DNA of 64,000 nucleotides from a virus. How positions within the stretch are numbered: position 1 is the stretch's first letter; every line of letters begins with the position of its first letter. A program made the position numbers and the translations under genes. Positions 32,542 through 41,294 of this stretch are shown piece after piece. The stretch lies in IMG/VR virus record IMGVR_UViG_3300028840_005764, positions 32,001 through 96,000 of that record; one strand, written 5' to 3'. Below the pieces are notes generated by a model. It ran no database searches. It was not told the DNA's origin and saw nothing but the letters and a program-made list of their open reading frames with translations.

Positions 32542-32979
32542 ATGGATGAAACAAATAGAACGAGGCACCGTGCCGTTGACCGTATTGATGGCTGCATAAT
32601 ACCTACTGGGTTTGAGTACTTCGTCGAGCTAATGGAGGAAATTAGTGCGGTGAAACACAAGGGTACTGTAAGCGTTTTTTTGGATGAAACTGAGCGCCCT
32701 TTTCTATCTATCATGAAACAGGGCAGCAATAATCAGCGCATCACTATCGTGCTCAATAAGAGTAGAGAGTGGGAGCCAACAAGACGTTACAAAAGTATTA
32801 CTCTTGAACCATGGCATACAGGAGATATCAGAGTTACGGTGCCTGCGAACGAGAAAGCACTGAAACAGGCATTCAAGCTTGCACGCGAGTGGAAAGAGGC
32901 AAAGGATTTCCATAAGCCCACTACCACTGTGCTTGGTACAAAAAAAGGTATACGACGTCGGCCTCGTCCAAAACTGTAG
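32542..32979 (+). CDS. Hypothetical protein with C-terminal IRRRPRPKL tag
   Basis: ORF in operon. Confidence 0.6.
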   Translation: MDETNRTRHRAVDRIDGCIIPTGFEYFVELMEEISAVKHKGTVSVFLDETERPFLSIMKQGSNNQRITIVLNKSREWEPTRRYKSITLEPWHTGDIRVTVPANEKALKQAFKLAREWKEAKDFHKPTTTVLGTKKGIRRRPRPKL

Positions 32980-33015
32980 ACCCATCTTCTGTACAATTCT
33001 ATCCTGAGACGAAGC

Positions 33016-36000
33016 ATGAAACACTTCGCACATCTGCACGTCCATTCTGAATATTCAATTCTTAAAGGGATTGGTGAGATCAAGTCCTGGTATGAAGCAG
33101 CTGCAAAGCGTGGGATATCGGCATTAGCTTTTACTGAATATGGGAATATGAATTCTGCTATGGCTTCTTATCTACAGTCATTAGATACGGATGGAGTGAA
33201 GGCAATATTTGGTATGCAAACTCTTGTTGTACAGGATGTGCATGCGACCATGCAAGAGGAACCAATAATATTACTGGCTAAAAATGAGACAGGTTATAAG
33301 AATTTATTGCAACTGAATAATTGGGCGTGGATAAATGGGTTTGATAGTAAACGTCAAACCGCACGCGTTGGCTATGAACAATTATATGATTACAGGAAGG
33401 GTTTATTTGCATTGACAGGCTCGCTTTCTGGGCCTGTGGCAATGGCTTCTGAAGTTGATTTTCATATTGCTGAAAGAGCTATTTATCAATTGAAAGAAAT
33501 ATTTGGTAAGCGCTTATATCTTGAACTTCAATTGAATGATGTACATGAACAAAAAATATATAATAATAAATTGATTAGATTATCACATAATACAAATGTA
33601 GAAATAGTTATTACAAACGATTGTCATTATCCCAATAAAGGAGAACACAAATTAGCTGATGTTGTGGAGAAAATAGATCGAATGAGTATTAAATCCTCTA
33701 AAAGAGGAAGATCATTTGATAGCACACAAAAGTGGTTAAAGAGTTATAAACAATTAAATATTATTAGAAATAAACTTCATGCTTATATTACATTAACAGA
33801 TTTTAATAAATATGTCTCGAATACTAATAAAATAGCGGAACAATGTAATGTTAGTATATCTATTGGTAAACATAGTTTGCCACAATATGATATAAAATCA
33901 CATCCTATGTATGAAGATGATATGAAAGATGATAAAGATTTATTTAATAAAATAGCTAAGACTGGATTTCGTAGTAAAATAATAAAAAGTAAAAAGAGAA
34001 AGAATAATAAAAAGAAATATTTGAAACAGTTTAAATATGAAGTTGATATTATAGGCAAAGCAAATTTCATAAATTATTTTTTAATTGTTGAAGATATTAT
34101 TAGATACGCGAGAGTATCAAATATTGAAGTGGGCGCAGCGCGCGGTTCTGTTGCTGGTTCATTGGTTGCATTCTGTATGGGTATTACTGATGTAGATCCG
34201 TTTGAATTTGATTTGATGTTTGAGCGTTTTTTGAATCCAACACGTATTAGTGGTGAGCGCGCGCAAAGTGCTGACGCGCTGCCTGATATTGACTTGGATT
34301 TTGAGAGGGTAAGGCGCCCTGAAATTAAGAAATATTTAGTTGAAAAGTATGGAGAAGATAGAGTTTGTACAATTGGTTCGTATCAGACTATGAAATTGAA
34401 GAGTTTATTACGTGACTTACATAGAGCATTCGAACATCGTATACCAGATGAGACAGGTTATTATGATTATAGTAATGATGAATTATTTGCTTTAATTAGG
34501 AAATTAGACAAAGACAAAATTGATGACTTAGATAAAGCTTTGAATAAAAGTGAAGCGTTTAAGGAGTTTTATAAAAGATTTCCTTATTTTGTTGACTTTT
34601 ATTTGAAGAAACTTGATGGGCAAATTCGTTCACGCTCTAAACATGCGGCTGGTGTCATTGTGACACCAACATCCATATCAGATTGGATTCCGATTAGGAC
34701 ACAGAAGGTTGAAGATGAAGAGGAACGAGTCGCTGTTTCACAGTGGGAAGATACCTTTTGTGAGCGTCGTGGTTTGCTTAAGTTAGATGTGCTTGGCATC
34801 AAGACCCTCAACGTTTTCAAACGTGCCAGGGAGCTTATCCTCAAGCGACGCGGTAAAAAGATCGATCTATCTAAAGTTAGGTTGGACGACCAGGATGTGT
34901 TTGATGAATTTGATGCTGGTAAAACCGAGGGTGTTTTTCAGTTTAATTCTCATTTACAGAGTCAATATCTGAAGCGTTTAGATGTGACAGAGTTTGAAGA
35001 TCTTATTACTACTAATGCTTTGTTGCGGCCTGGCCCAATGGATGCGAAGGCTCATGAATTATATATTGAATTGAAGTCTGGTGAACGCAAACCAAAATAT
35101 GATCATCCTATGATTGAACCGTATCTGCGTAGGACATATGGACTTTATGTGTATCAGGAAGACGTTATGCGCACTGCGCATGTTCTTGGTAAATTGACTT
35201 TGGCAGAAGCAGATATTATGCGCACTGCTATGAAAAAACACGACAAAGATCAGATGGAGGCTTTTCGTGAGAAATTTGTTAAAGGATGTGTGGAAAATGG
35301 TTTGAAGAAAAAACATGGGAATAAGGTTTGGGATAAATTACTGGCATTTTTTGCTTATGGTTTCAATAGATGTATACACGCCTTTTCAGAAATAACTCTA
35401 TCAAATGGTAAAAAAAGAAGAATATCTAGATTGTATAATGATTATCTAAAAGGGAAGGAAATAGTATTAAAAAGTTATGATATAGAAACTGGAAAAATTG
35501 TTGATAATGTAGTTGAAGAGATTGTATATACTGGTAAAAAGAATTTAGCTAAGTTTTTTCTACAAGATGGTAAGAATATACGGTTGACAAGTAGACACGG
35601 TATTGGCACTGATCGTGGTTTTCGATTGATGAAAGATATTATTAATACCGATCTGATTTGGATATTAAATGGAAGTGAGGCGCAACAAGTTGGCGTTGAT
35701 GCTTATAATACTTTTTATGATGATAGATACAAAGAAGATACATATGATATTGTAATGGTAAATAAACCGCATAATTATTTCGCCAATGACATACTTGTTC
35801 ATAACAGCCACAGCGCAAGCTATGCATTGATTGGATATCTTTGTCAATGGTTGAAAGTATATTATCCGCTTGAATATTGGTCTGCGACATTAGAGTACGC
35901 TGCAGACGACGAAAAGAAGTCTGAAAATATATGGACTTTTCGTAGTACTATTATTAAGTATGGATATCAATTTGAACGCCCACGTGCAAATCGCAGTGAT

Positions 36001-36702
36001 TATCATTTCTCGATATCTAAGCGAGGCAGAATCATATGGCCAATCAGGGCTATCAAAGGCGTGGGTGTTAAAAGTGCGATTGCAATAGCTCAAGCTTGTA
36101 AGGAACATAAGCCAAAGACTCTTGTTGATTTTTATAATGTTGTACCGAAGAGGTCTGCTAATAAAAGAGTATTCAATAAACTTATCACATCTGGCGCATT
36201 CGATAATTTTGGTACACCATATGAGATTGCAAAAGAATATTATGAAGATATTCGCCGCGAGGAAATACCTAAAGAACTTAATGTGCCAAGTAAACGTAAA
36301 GCGTATTGGATGAAAATGCGCGAAAGTGTATTAGGTTATATGGAAAAATCTTTCCAACAACAGTTCTCTCACTGGTTCAGCAAGAGCATCACTCCAGTTT
36401 CTGAATTGGCCAATATACCAAGTGGTAAATATGTTATATCAGGTGGAAAAGTAAAGAGAAGTTTTCCTTATAATGCCAGAACAGGTTGGATGTTTTTTGT
36501 CACAGTATATGATTTGGACGGGGAGTTCTTGTTAATGATTACCCCTGAGTATTATAAGAGACACAAGAAAAAAGTGAAAGAAGGCGACATCATCGAAGTG
36601 CTTGGTAGATGTGGGAGATCAAAGCGAGGAGAAATACAGATTACTCTTGGCAAGGATAAGGCGTCACAGCTAGAAGTATATGACTTGTCTCATGAAATTT
36701 GA
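33016..36702 (+). CDS. dnaE: DNA polymerase III alpha subunit, intein-containing
   Basis: PHP HLHVHSEYS, RGSVAGS, PDIDLD, KLDVLG, YQEDVM, FNR/SH motifs. Confidence 0.95.
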   Translation: MKHFAHLHVHSEYSILKGIGEIKSWYEAAAKRGISALAFTEYGNMNSAMASYLQSLDTDGVKAIFGMQTLVVQDVHATMQEEPIILLAKNETGYKNLLQLNNWAWINGFDSKRQTARVGYEQLYDYRKGLFALTGSLSGPVAMASEVDFHIAERAIYQLKEIFGKRLYLELQLNDVHEQKIYNNKLIRLSHNTNVEIVITNDCHYPNKGEHKLADVVEKIDRMSIKSSKRGRSFDSTQKWLKSYKQLNIIRNKLHAYITLTDFNKYVSNTNKIAEQCNVSISIGKHSLPQYDIKSHPMYEDDMKDDKDLFNKIAKTGFRSKIIKSKKRKNNKKKYLKQFKYEVDIIGKANFINYFLIVEDIIRYARVSNIEVGAARGSVAGSLVAFCMGITDVDPFEFDLMFERFLNPTRISGERAQSADALPDIDLDFERVRRPEIKKYLVEKYGEDRVCTIGSYQTMKLKSLLRDLHRAFEHRIPDETGYYDYSNDELFALIRKLDKDKIDDLDKALNKSEAFKEFYKRFPYFVDFYLKKLDGQIRSRSKHAAGVIVTPTSISDWIPIRTQKVEDEEERVAVSQWEDTFCERRGLLKLDVLGIKTLNVFKRARELILKRRGKKIDLSKVRLDDQDVFDEFDAGKTEGVFQFNSHLQSQYLKRLDVTEFEDLITTNALLRPGPMDAKAHELYIELKSGERKPKYDHPMIEPYLRRTYGLYVYQEDVMRTAHVLGKLTLAEADIMRTAMKKHDKDQMEAFREKFVKGCVENGLKKKHGNKVWDKLLAFFAYGFNRCIHAFSEITLSNGKKRRISRLYNDYLKGKEIVLKSYDIETGKIVDNVVEEIVYTGKKNLAKFFLQDGKNIRLTSRHGIGTDRGFRLMKDIINTDLIWILNGSEAQQVGVDAYNTFYDDRYKEDTYDIVMVNKPHNYFANDILVHNSHSASYALIGYLCQWLKVYYPLEYWSATLEYAADDEKKSENIWTFRSTIIKYGYQFERPRANRSDYHFSISKRGRIIWPIRAIKGVGVKSAIAIAQACKEHKPKTLVDFYNVVPKRSANKRVFNKLITSGAFDNFGTPYEIAKEYYEDIRREEIPKELNVPSKRKAYWMKMRESVLGYMEKSFQQQFSHWFSKSITPVSELANIPSGKYVISGGKVKRSFPYNARTGWMFFVTVYDLDGEFLLMITPEYYKRHKKKVKEGDIIEVLGRCGRSKRGEIQITLGKDKASQLEVYDLSHEI
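35371..35805 (+). mobile_element. Mini-intein (145 aa) in DnaE
   Basis: Begins CIHAFSEI, block B LTSRHGI, ends YFANDILVHN followed by Ser; splits the conserved FNR|SH motif; no endonuclease domain. Confidence 0.92.
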
Positions 36703-36743
36703 ACTCCAACTTCATTAAAAATTTCTTAATATTTTTCTCTATG

Positions 36744-36752
36744 GTGGTATAT
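36744..36752 (+). promoter_or_regulatory. GTGGTATAT extended -10-like promoter element
   Basis: Same 9-mer upstream of other transcription units (55640, 56259, 62841 on -). Confidence 0.55.
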
Positions 36753-36806
36753 ATTATCGTACGCCGTCGGCAAACGGTTTGCCGCACTATAACAAGGAGT
36801 AAAAAG

Positions 36807-37247
36807 ATGGCGAAGGACAAGAAAGAGAAGAAAAGCAAGAAGGAAAAGAAAGAGAAGAAGTCCAACAACAACGAGGCGACTGAAACTCAGGCTGCTGATG
36901 ACGGCGAGGAGAAGAAGGCGAAGAAGTCCAAGAAGGACAAAAAGGACAAGAAATCAAAAAAGAAATCCAAAAGTTCGAATGGCGAACCACAGACATTCAC
37001 GGTTGCGGATCTTGCCGACAAGGCGGATGTGGATATCCGTGATGCGAAATCTCTGTTCAACATTCTTGGCCGTACTCTCGAGAAGATGCCATTGGGTTCG
37101 AAAGTACGACTCAACAACATCTGCAACTTCGTGAAGATCGAGACCAAGCCACGGAAAAGTCGCAATCCACGTACCGGGGAACCAGTGGATGTTCCATCGA
37201 AGAGGAAGGTCAAGGCGAAGATTTCGAACAATCTGAAGAACCTCTGA
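36807..37247 (+). CDS. HU/IHF-family DNA-binding protein with Lys-rich N-terminal extension
   Basis: AAGGAG RBS before ATG 36807; RKSRNPRTGEPVDVPSKRKVK signature. Confidence 0.85.
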   Translation: MAKDKKEKKSKKEKKEKKSNNNEATETQAADDGEEKKAKKSKKDKKDKKSKKKSKSSNGEPQTFTVADLADKADVDIRDAKSLFNILGRTLEKMPLGSKVRLNNICNFVKIETKPRKSRNPRTGEPVDVPSKRKVKAKISNNLKNL

Positions 37248-37263
37248 GCACGTCTGACCTGCA

Positions 37264-37776
37264 GTGGCAAAAAAACGAAATCGGCTGAGGGAGCTTCTTC
37301 TCATCAAGGATCATCTCCTTGGTGAGAAGATTGTTCTCGATGTTTGGGATGATCTCAAGCTGAACGAAGACGAACCTGAAGTAATGATGCAGGATTGTCT
37401 TTTCGGGCACCAGTTGTCTGGGCATCTTGAGGCTGTGGCAGAGGCGCGATATGAACTTGGCAAGGTCGAGTTAGATCACGTCTATGCCGAGATGGACAAT
37501 TTCGCGCGTGAGATGGAGGTCATGGCAAGACCAACAGATGCTAAGGTAAAAGCATGGATTCTACGTGAAGGAAAATATATAACCAAACGCAAAGAATTAA
37601 TTGAATTAAAAATGAAGTATCAATTCTTGAAAGTATTAAGTAAATCATTCGTAATGAAGGCTGATTTCATTCGTACGAAAGTGGCAAGCAGACGCGCTGA
37701 GCTCGCGATGCCAGCGACTTCTGTTGAGACAGTGAAGAGAAAGAAAAAAAAGAAGAAGAAAAAATCGGAGGAATAA
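37264..37776 (+). CDS. UvsY-like recombination mediator (putative)
   Basis: Helical, RPTDAKVKAWI pattern; adjacent to SSB and RecA; poly-Lys tail. Confidence 0.5.
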   Translation: MAKKRNRLRELLLIKDHLLGEKIVLDVWDDLKLNEDEPEVMMQDCLFGHQLSGHLEAVAEARYELGKVELDHVYAEMDNFAREMEVMARPTDAKVKAWILREGKYITKRKELIELKMKYQFLKVLSKSFVMKADFIRTKVASRRAELAMPATSVETVKRKKKKKKKKSEE

Positions 37777-38769
37777 ATGGCCGTCAAGACTGACCTGGCC
37801 AAGCTAGGTAAACGGGCCGCCGATCATAAAGCTGGTAGGGACAGATATGACGGCCCAGGCAATTTCATAGTTGAAGCAGATTCAAGCAGGTTCATCATTC
37901 TCTGCCCACCGCACGAAAACATGGGTGGTTATCCATTCGTCGAAAACATGTATCATCACCGTGATATACCACGGGATGCTAATGGTAGTTTCAACATCCG
38001 CTGTATGCGGAATAACTACAAAGATGATACTAATAAATGCGCACCTTGTACAAAGATGGTCAAATTCAGAAAGAAGCGCAAGGACAAGGGCGACAAATGG
38101 GATGAGAAAGCGCGCGAACACGCACCAAAGTTGAAGCCAATTGGGCAGGTGATCGACATTACCTGTATCATGCGTGCCAATGGCGAGATTAAGAAAAAAG
38201 TCAAGCCGTGTTTTGGCGCTTATGGCGACGAAGACGGTTGTGACAAGTGCTATATGCGCGACGCGTGTGAGGACCTCCCCAAGAAGTACTATTGCCCAGT
38301 GGGCGTGTGGGAGGAGCTGCTCGACCATTTCGAGGACGAGGGCGACATCACAGACTTGAGTAAGGCTATCCCAATTCGTATTAAGCGTAAGGGTTCTGGT
38401 CGCTACGATACGAAGTACAAGACCAAGGCCTTCCCAAAGTCGGCTATCGAGTTCCCATCCAAAGCCAGGAAGCGTATCGAGAAAGCGCTCTATGATCTAA
38501 GTACTCTGGATCCAAAACCAGAGGGTACGGCGGATGAGATAAAAGAAAAGTACAGAAAGTTCTTCTCACTGGAGGATATAGATACTGACACCAGTGGCGA
38601 TGATGATGACGACGAGCCCAAGCGTCGTCCGCGGTCTGGTGGTAAGAAAAAATCTGCAAAGAAAAATAACAAAAAGAAGTCCAGTGAGAATACGGACAAA
38701 AAGAAACGCGGCGAGAAGCTCAGGAACAAGTTGAAGAAGAAAGCGAAGAAGGGCAAACTCGACCGTTAG
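37777..38769 (+). CDS. gp32-like single-stranded DNA-binding protein (putative)
   Basis: HH..C..CAPC zinc site; GDITD...IRIKRKGSGRYDTKY motif typical of phage gp32-like SSBs. Confidence 0.65.
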   Translation: MAVKTDLAKLGKRAADHKAGRDRYDGPGNFIVEADSSRFIILCPPHENMGGYPFVENMYHHRDIPRDANGSFNIRCMRNNYKDDTNKCAPCTKMVKFRKKRKDKGDKWDEKAREHAPKLKPIGQVIDITCIMRANGEIKKKVKPCFGAYGDEDGCDKCYMRDACEDLPKKYYCPVGVWEELLDHFEDEGDITDLSKAIPIRIKRKGSGRYDTKYKTKAFPKSAIEFPSKARKRIEKALYDLSTLDPKPEGTADEIKEKYRKFFSLEDIDTDTSGDDDDDEPKRRPRSGGKKKSAKKNNKKKSSENTDKKKRGEKLRNKLKKKAKKGKLDR

Positions 38770-38781
38770 TGGAATCAGTAA

Positions 38782-39867
38782 ATGATTTGTCGAATCCCCC
38801 GTAGGAAGACAGAGCACACACAGAAAAAAAAGGTATCCAGAAATCAGTTGATTCGTTCGCTGAAGAAAATCGGATACAAAGATCTATCGGATCAATCGAG
38901 TTCTCTGCTTGTTCGGCGATGTCTTCCTACGGGGATTCCATGTCTCGACGTGCTCTCAGCCTGTGACGTGGATGGTGTCTACGGCTTACCATTTGGCCGT
39001 CAGATTGAATTCTCCGGGAAAGAAGATTCTGGTAAGACCAGCATCATGCTGGCCATAGCGGCCTCTGCACAGCGCCAGGGGTACATCGTGCTTTGGATAG
39101 AGACAGAGCAGACTTTGTCAAAGGAAAGAGCTCAGGTGCTGGGCGCTGACATCGATTACTTCCTGTTGGATGAGCCTGACTACCTGGAACAGGCCATATC
39201 TCGTGTCAAAAAAGCGGTGGAAAAATTACCACAATATGATGAGAAAGGATATTCGAAGAATAAAGGTCTTGTGATTTTTTGGGACAGCATTGCCGCTACT
39301 CCAACAAAGGCAGAGTATGCGCCCAAGAAAAAGAAAGACGTCGATGAGGAAAAAGACAGTGCGATGGCTGATTTCGCAAGGAAGATGTCTCGCTTTCAAC
39401 GGCAAATGAAGAAGAAGATTGCGAAGCGCAATGTGATGATGATCTACGCTAATCAAATCAAAGAGAAGATTGGTGTTATGTTTGGCTCGAAGACCGCCAC
39501 TTACGGTGGGAAGGCGCTGAAGTATCATTGTACATTGAGATTCGTGATCACATACACGGGAAAAATAAAAGGGAAAAATAACAAACCAGTCGGTATGACT
39601 ATAAAAGTAGATAACATAAAGAATAAATGTCGTATGCCATTCAGAGGTTTTGAGGGCTTGGAATTCACCTTCGGCGGTGGATTCAATTATCCACAAGCTC
39701 TTTTGTATGCTTTGGAAACACTTGGGTATGCAAAGAAAGAAGGACCAAAATATTTTGTGTATCCATTGGGTCAAGAAGCATCTTATAAAAAATCTGAATT
39801 CGAGAAGTTAATAAAAAATAAACCTGTGATAGCAAGAAAACTCATGGAAGTTGTCAATGGTTCCTAA
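38782..39867 (+). CDS. recA: RecA/UvsX recombinase
   Basis: LPFGRQIEFSGKEDSGKT, WDSIAA, NQIKEKIGVMFG, GGKALKY, KNK. Confidence 0.9.
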   Translation: MICRIPRRKTEHTQKKKVSRNQLIRSLKKIGYKDLSDQSSSLLVRRCLPTGIPCLDVLSACDVDGVYGLPFGRQIEFSGKEDSGKTSIMLAIAASAQRQGYIVLWIETEQTLSKERAQVLGADIDYFLLDEPDYLEQAISRVKKAVEKLPQYDEKGYSKNKGLVIFWDSIAATPTKAEYAPKKKKDVDEEKDSAMADFARKMSRFQRQMKKKIAKRNVMMIYANQIKEKIGVMFGSKTATYGGKALKYHCTLRFVITYTGKIKGKNNKPVGMTIKVDNIKNKCRMPFRGFEGLEFTFGGGFNYPQALLYALETLGYAKKEGPKYFVYPLGQEASYKKSEFEKLIKNKPVIARKLMEVVNGS

Positions 39868-40171
39868 AGAGCGCATACTTCTCGCCTTGAATGAACATGT
39901 TACTGAAAGGTTGAGAGGGCAGGTGGATCACAATGTCTTACAGATGATTGAAGATTTGGTGAATAAAAGTACTGAAATAGTTTTATATAATATTATTAAA
40001 ACGCACCCAGAGAATGAAATTGATATCGCATTAAGTAGGGTTTCTGGCAATGTGGAGAACTTTATTAGCCTTGTGGTATTGCAATTGATTGATTTTGGTA
40101 GTGGTAGGAACGAGGGCCCATTTATCAATATGTTCGATAGTCTCTTGCAGCAACAATGCGAACTGTCTTGA
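39851..40171 (+). CDS. Hypothetical protein
   Basis: Operon-embedded ORF. Confidence 0.5.
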   Translation: MSMVPKERILLALNEHVTERLRGQVDHNVLQMIEDLVNKSTEIVLYNIIKTHPENEIDIALSRVSGNVENFISLVVLQLIDFGSGRNEGPFINMFDSLLQQQCELS

Positions 40172-40180
40172 AGACCTGCA

Positions 40181-41290
40181 ATGACCCATATTATTACCAG
40201 TGCCGACTGGCATTTACGTAATTCTGATTCCTATGGCGTCTTTGATCACGATGGTGTCAATGACTTTCTGACTTATCGCGTTTCCGCGGCGAGGCAAACA
40301 ATTCAATCAGCGATAGACTGCGGTGGCCATTTGGTCATTGCTGGTGACATGTTAGATGATAAAGTGGTTGATTCTGTAACTATGTATCATGCTTCTGAAC
40401 TTGTGCGTATGATGCAGGGCACCAGGTTGGCTGTGTTGTTGGAGGGCAACCATGGTTATGACAGTAAGAGTAATGCACATTCTTCAATTGCTCATTGGAA
40501 GCATTTGGCTAATAAAAATATAAAGATTATTACATATCCAAAAGTGATACATAAAGATAATATTAGTTATCATTGTATTCCAGCTGTAAATGCTCTTGAA
40601 ATAAATTTTGCTAAGATTGTTGATAGTCTTTGGTGCCATAAGAAAAAAGGCAATGTCAATATACTTGTAATACATGGGCCTGTTATTGGAGCTAGATTTG
40701 ATAGCGGTATTAAATCTAAAACCGGTATCAAAATGAAAGATATCCATAGGGCAAGTAAGAAATATAATTATATTGTATGTGGTGATTTTCATAGATATCA
40801 AATGTTATTTGATAATGTTTGGTATACAGGTTCTTTAATACAAACTTCATTGCGTGATAAAAATCAGGATAAAGGATATCAAATAATAGATTTAGATAAT
40901 GATGAAGTTAAATTTGTGAAATTAAATGGTCCAGAGTTTATTGAATTAGACTGGGAGATTACAAAAAAGATTAGTCCTATTATTAGAAGGCCACATTTAT
41001 ATAAAGGAACATTAAAGAATAGTATTTGTGTCATACGTATATCAGGAACTTCATCAGAATTTAATACTGTATCAAATGAATTAGATTCAGTTAGAGAATC
41101 ACTCATAGAAAATGGATCAATTCGAGTTTTTATAGATAAGCAGACTACGGAATCAAAGAGAAAAAAAGCTACCATTAGTATGAATATGGGATTTCAAGAA
41201 ATGATTGAGTCATATGTGTCTTATAAGAAGCGTTCACTGCCAGCCAAAAAGAAGCAAGTCATAGAAAAAGGTTTGTTTTATATAAGGTGA
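40181..41290 (+). CDS. Mre11/SbcD-like metallophosphoesterase nuclease
   Basis: ADWH, AGD, GNH, GDFH, YTGS motifs. Confidence 0.88.
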   Translation: MTHIITSADWHLRNSDSYGVFDHDGVNDFLTYRVSAARQTIQSAIDCGGHLVIAGDMLDDKVVDSVTMYHASELVRMMQGTRLAVLLEGNHGYDSKSNAHSSIAHWKHLANKNIKIITYPKVIHKDNISYHCIPAVNALEINFAKIVDSLWCHKKKGNVNILVIHGPVIGARFDSGIKSKTGIKMKDIHRASKKYNYIVCGDFHRYQMLFDNVWYTGSLIQTSLRDKNQDKGYQIIDLDNDEVKFVKLNGPEFIELDWEITKKISPIIRRPHLYKGTLKNSICVIRISGTSSEFNTVSNELDSVRESLIENGSIRVFIDKQTTESKRKKATISMNMGFQEMIESYVSYKKRSLPAKKKQVIEKGLFYIR

Positions 41291-41294
41291 AAAA

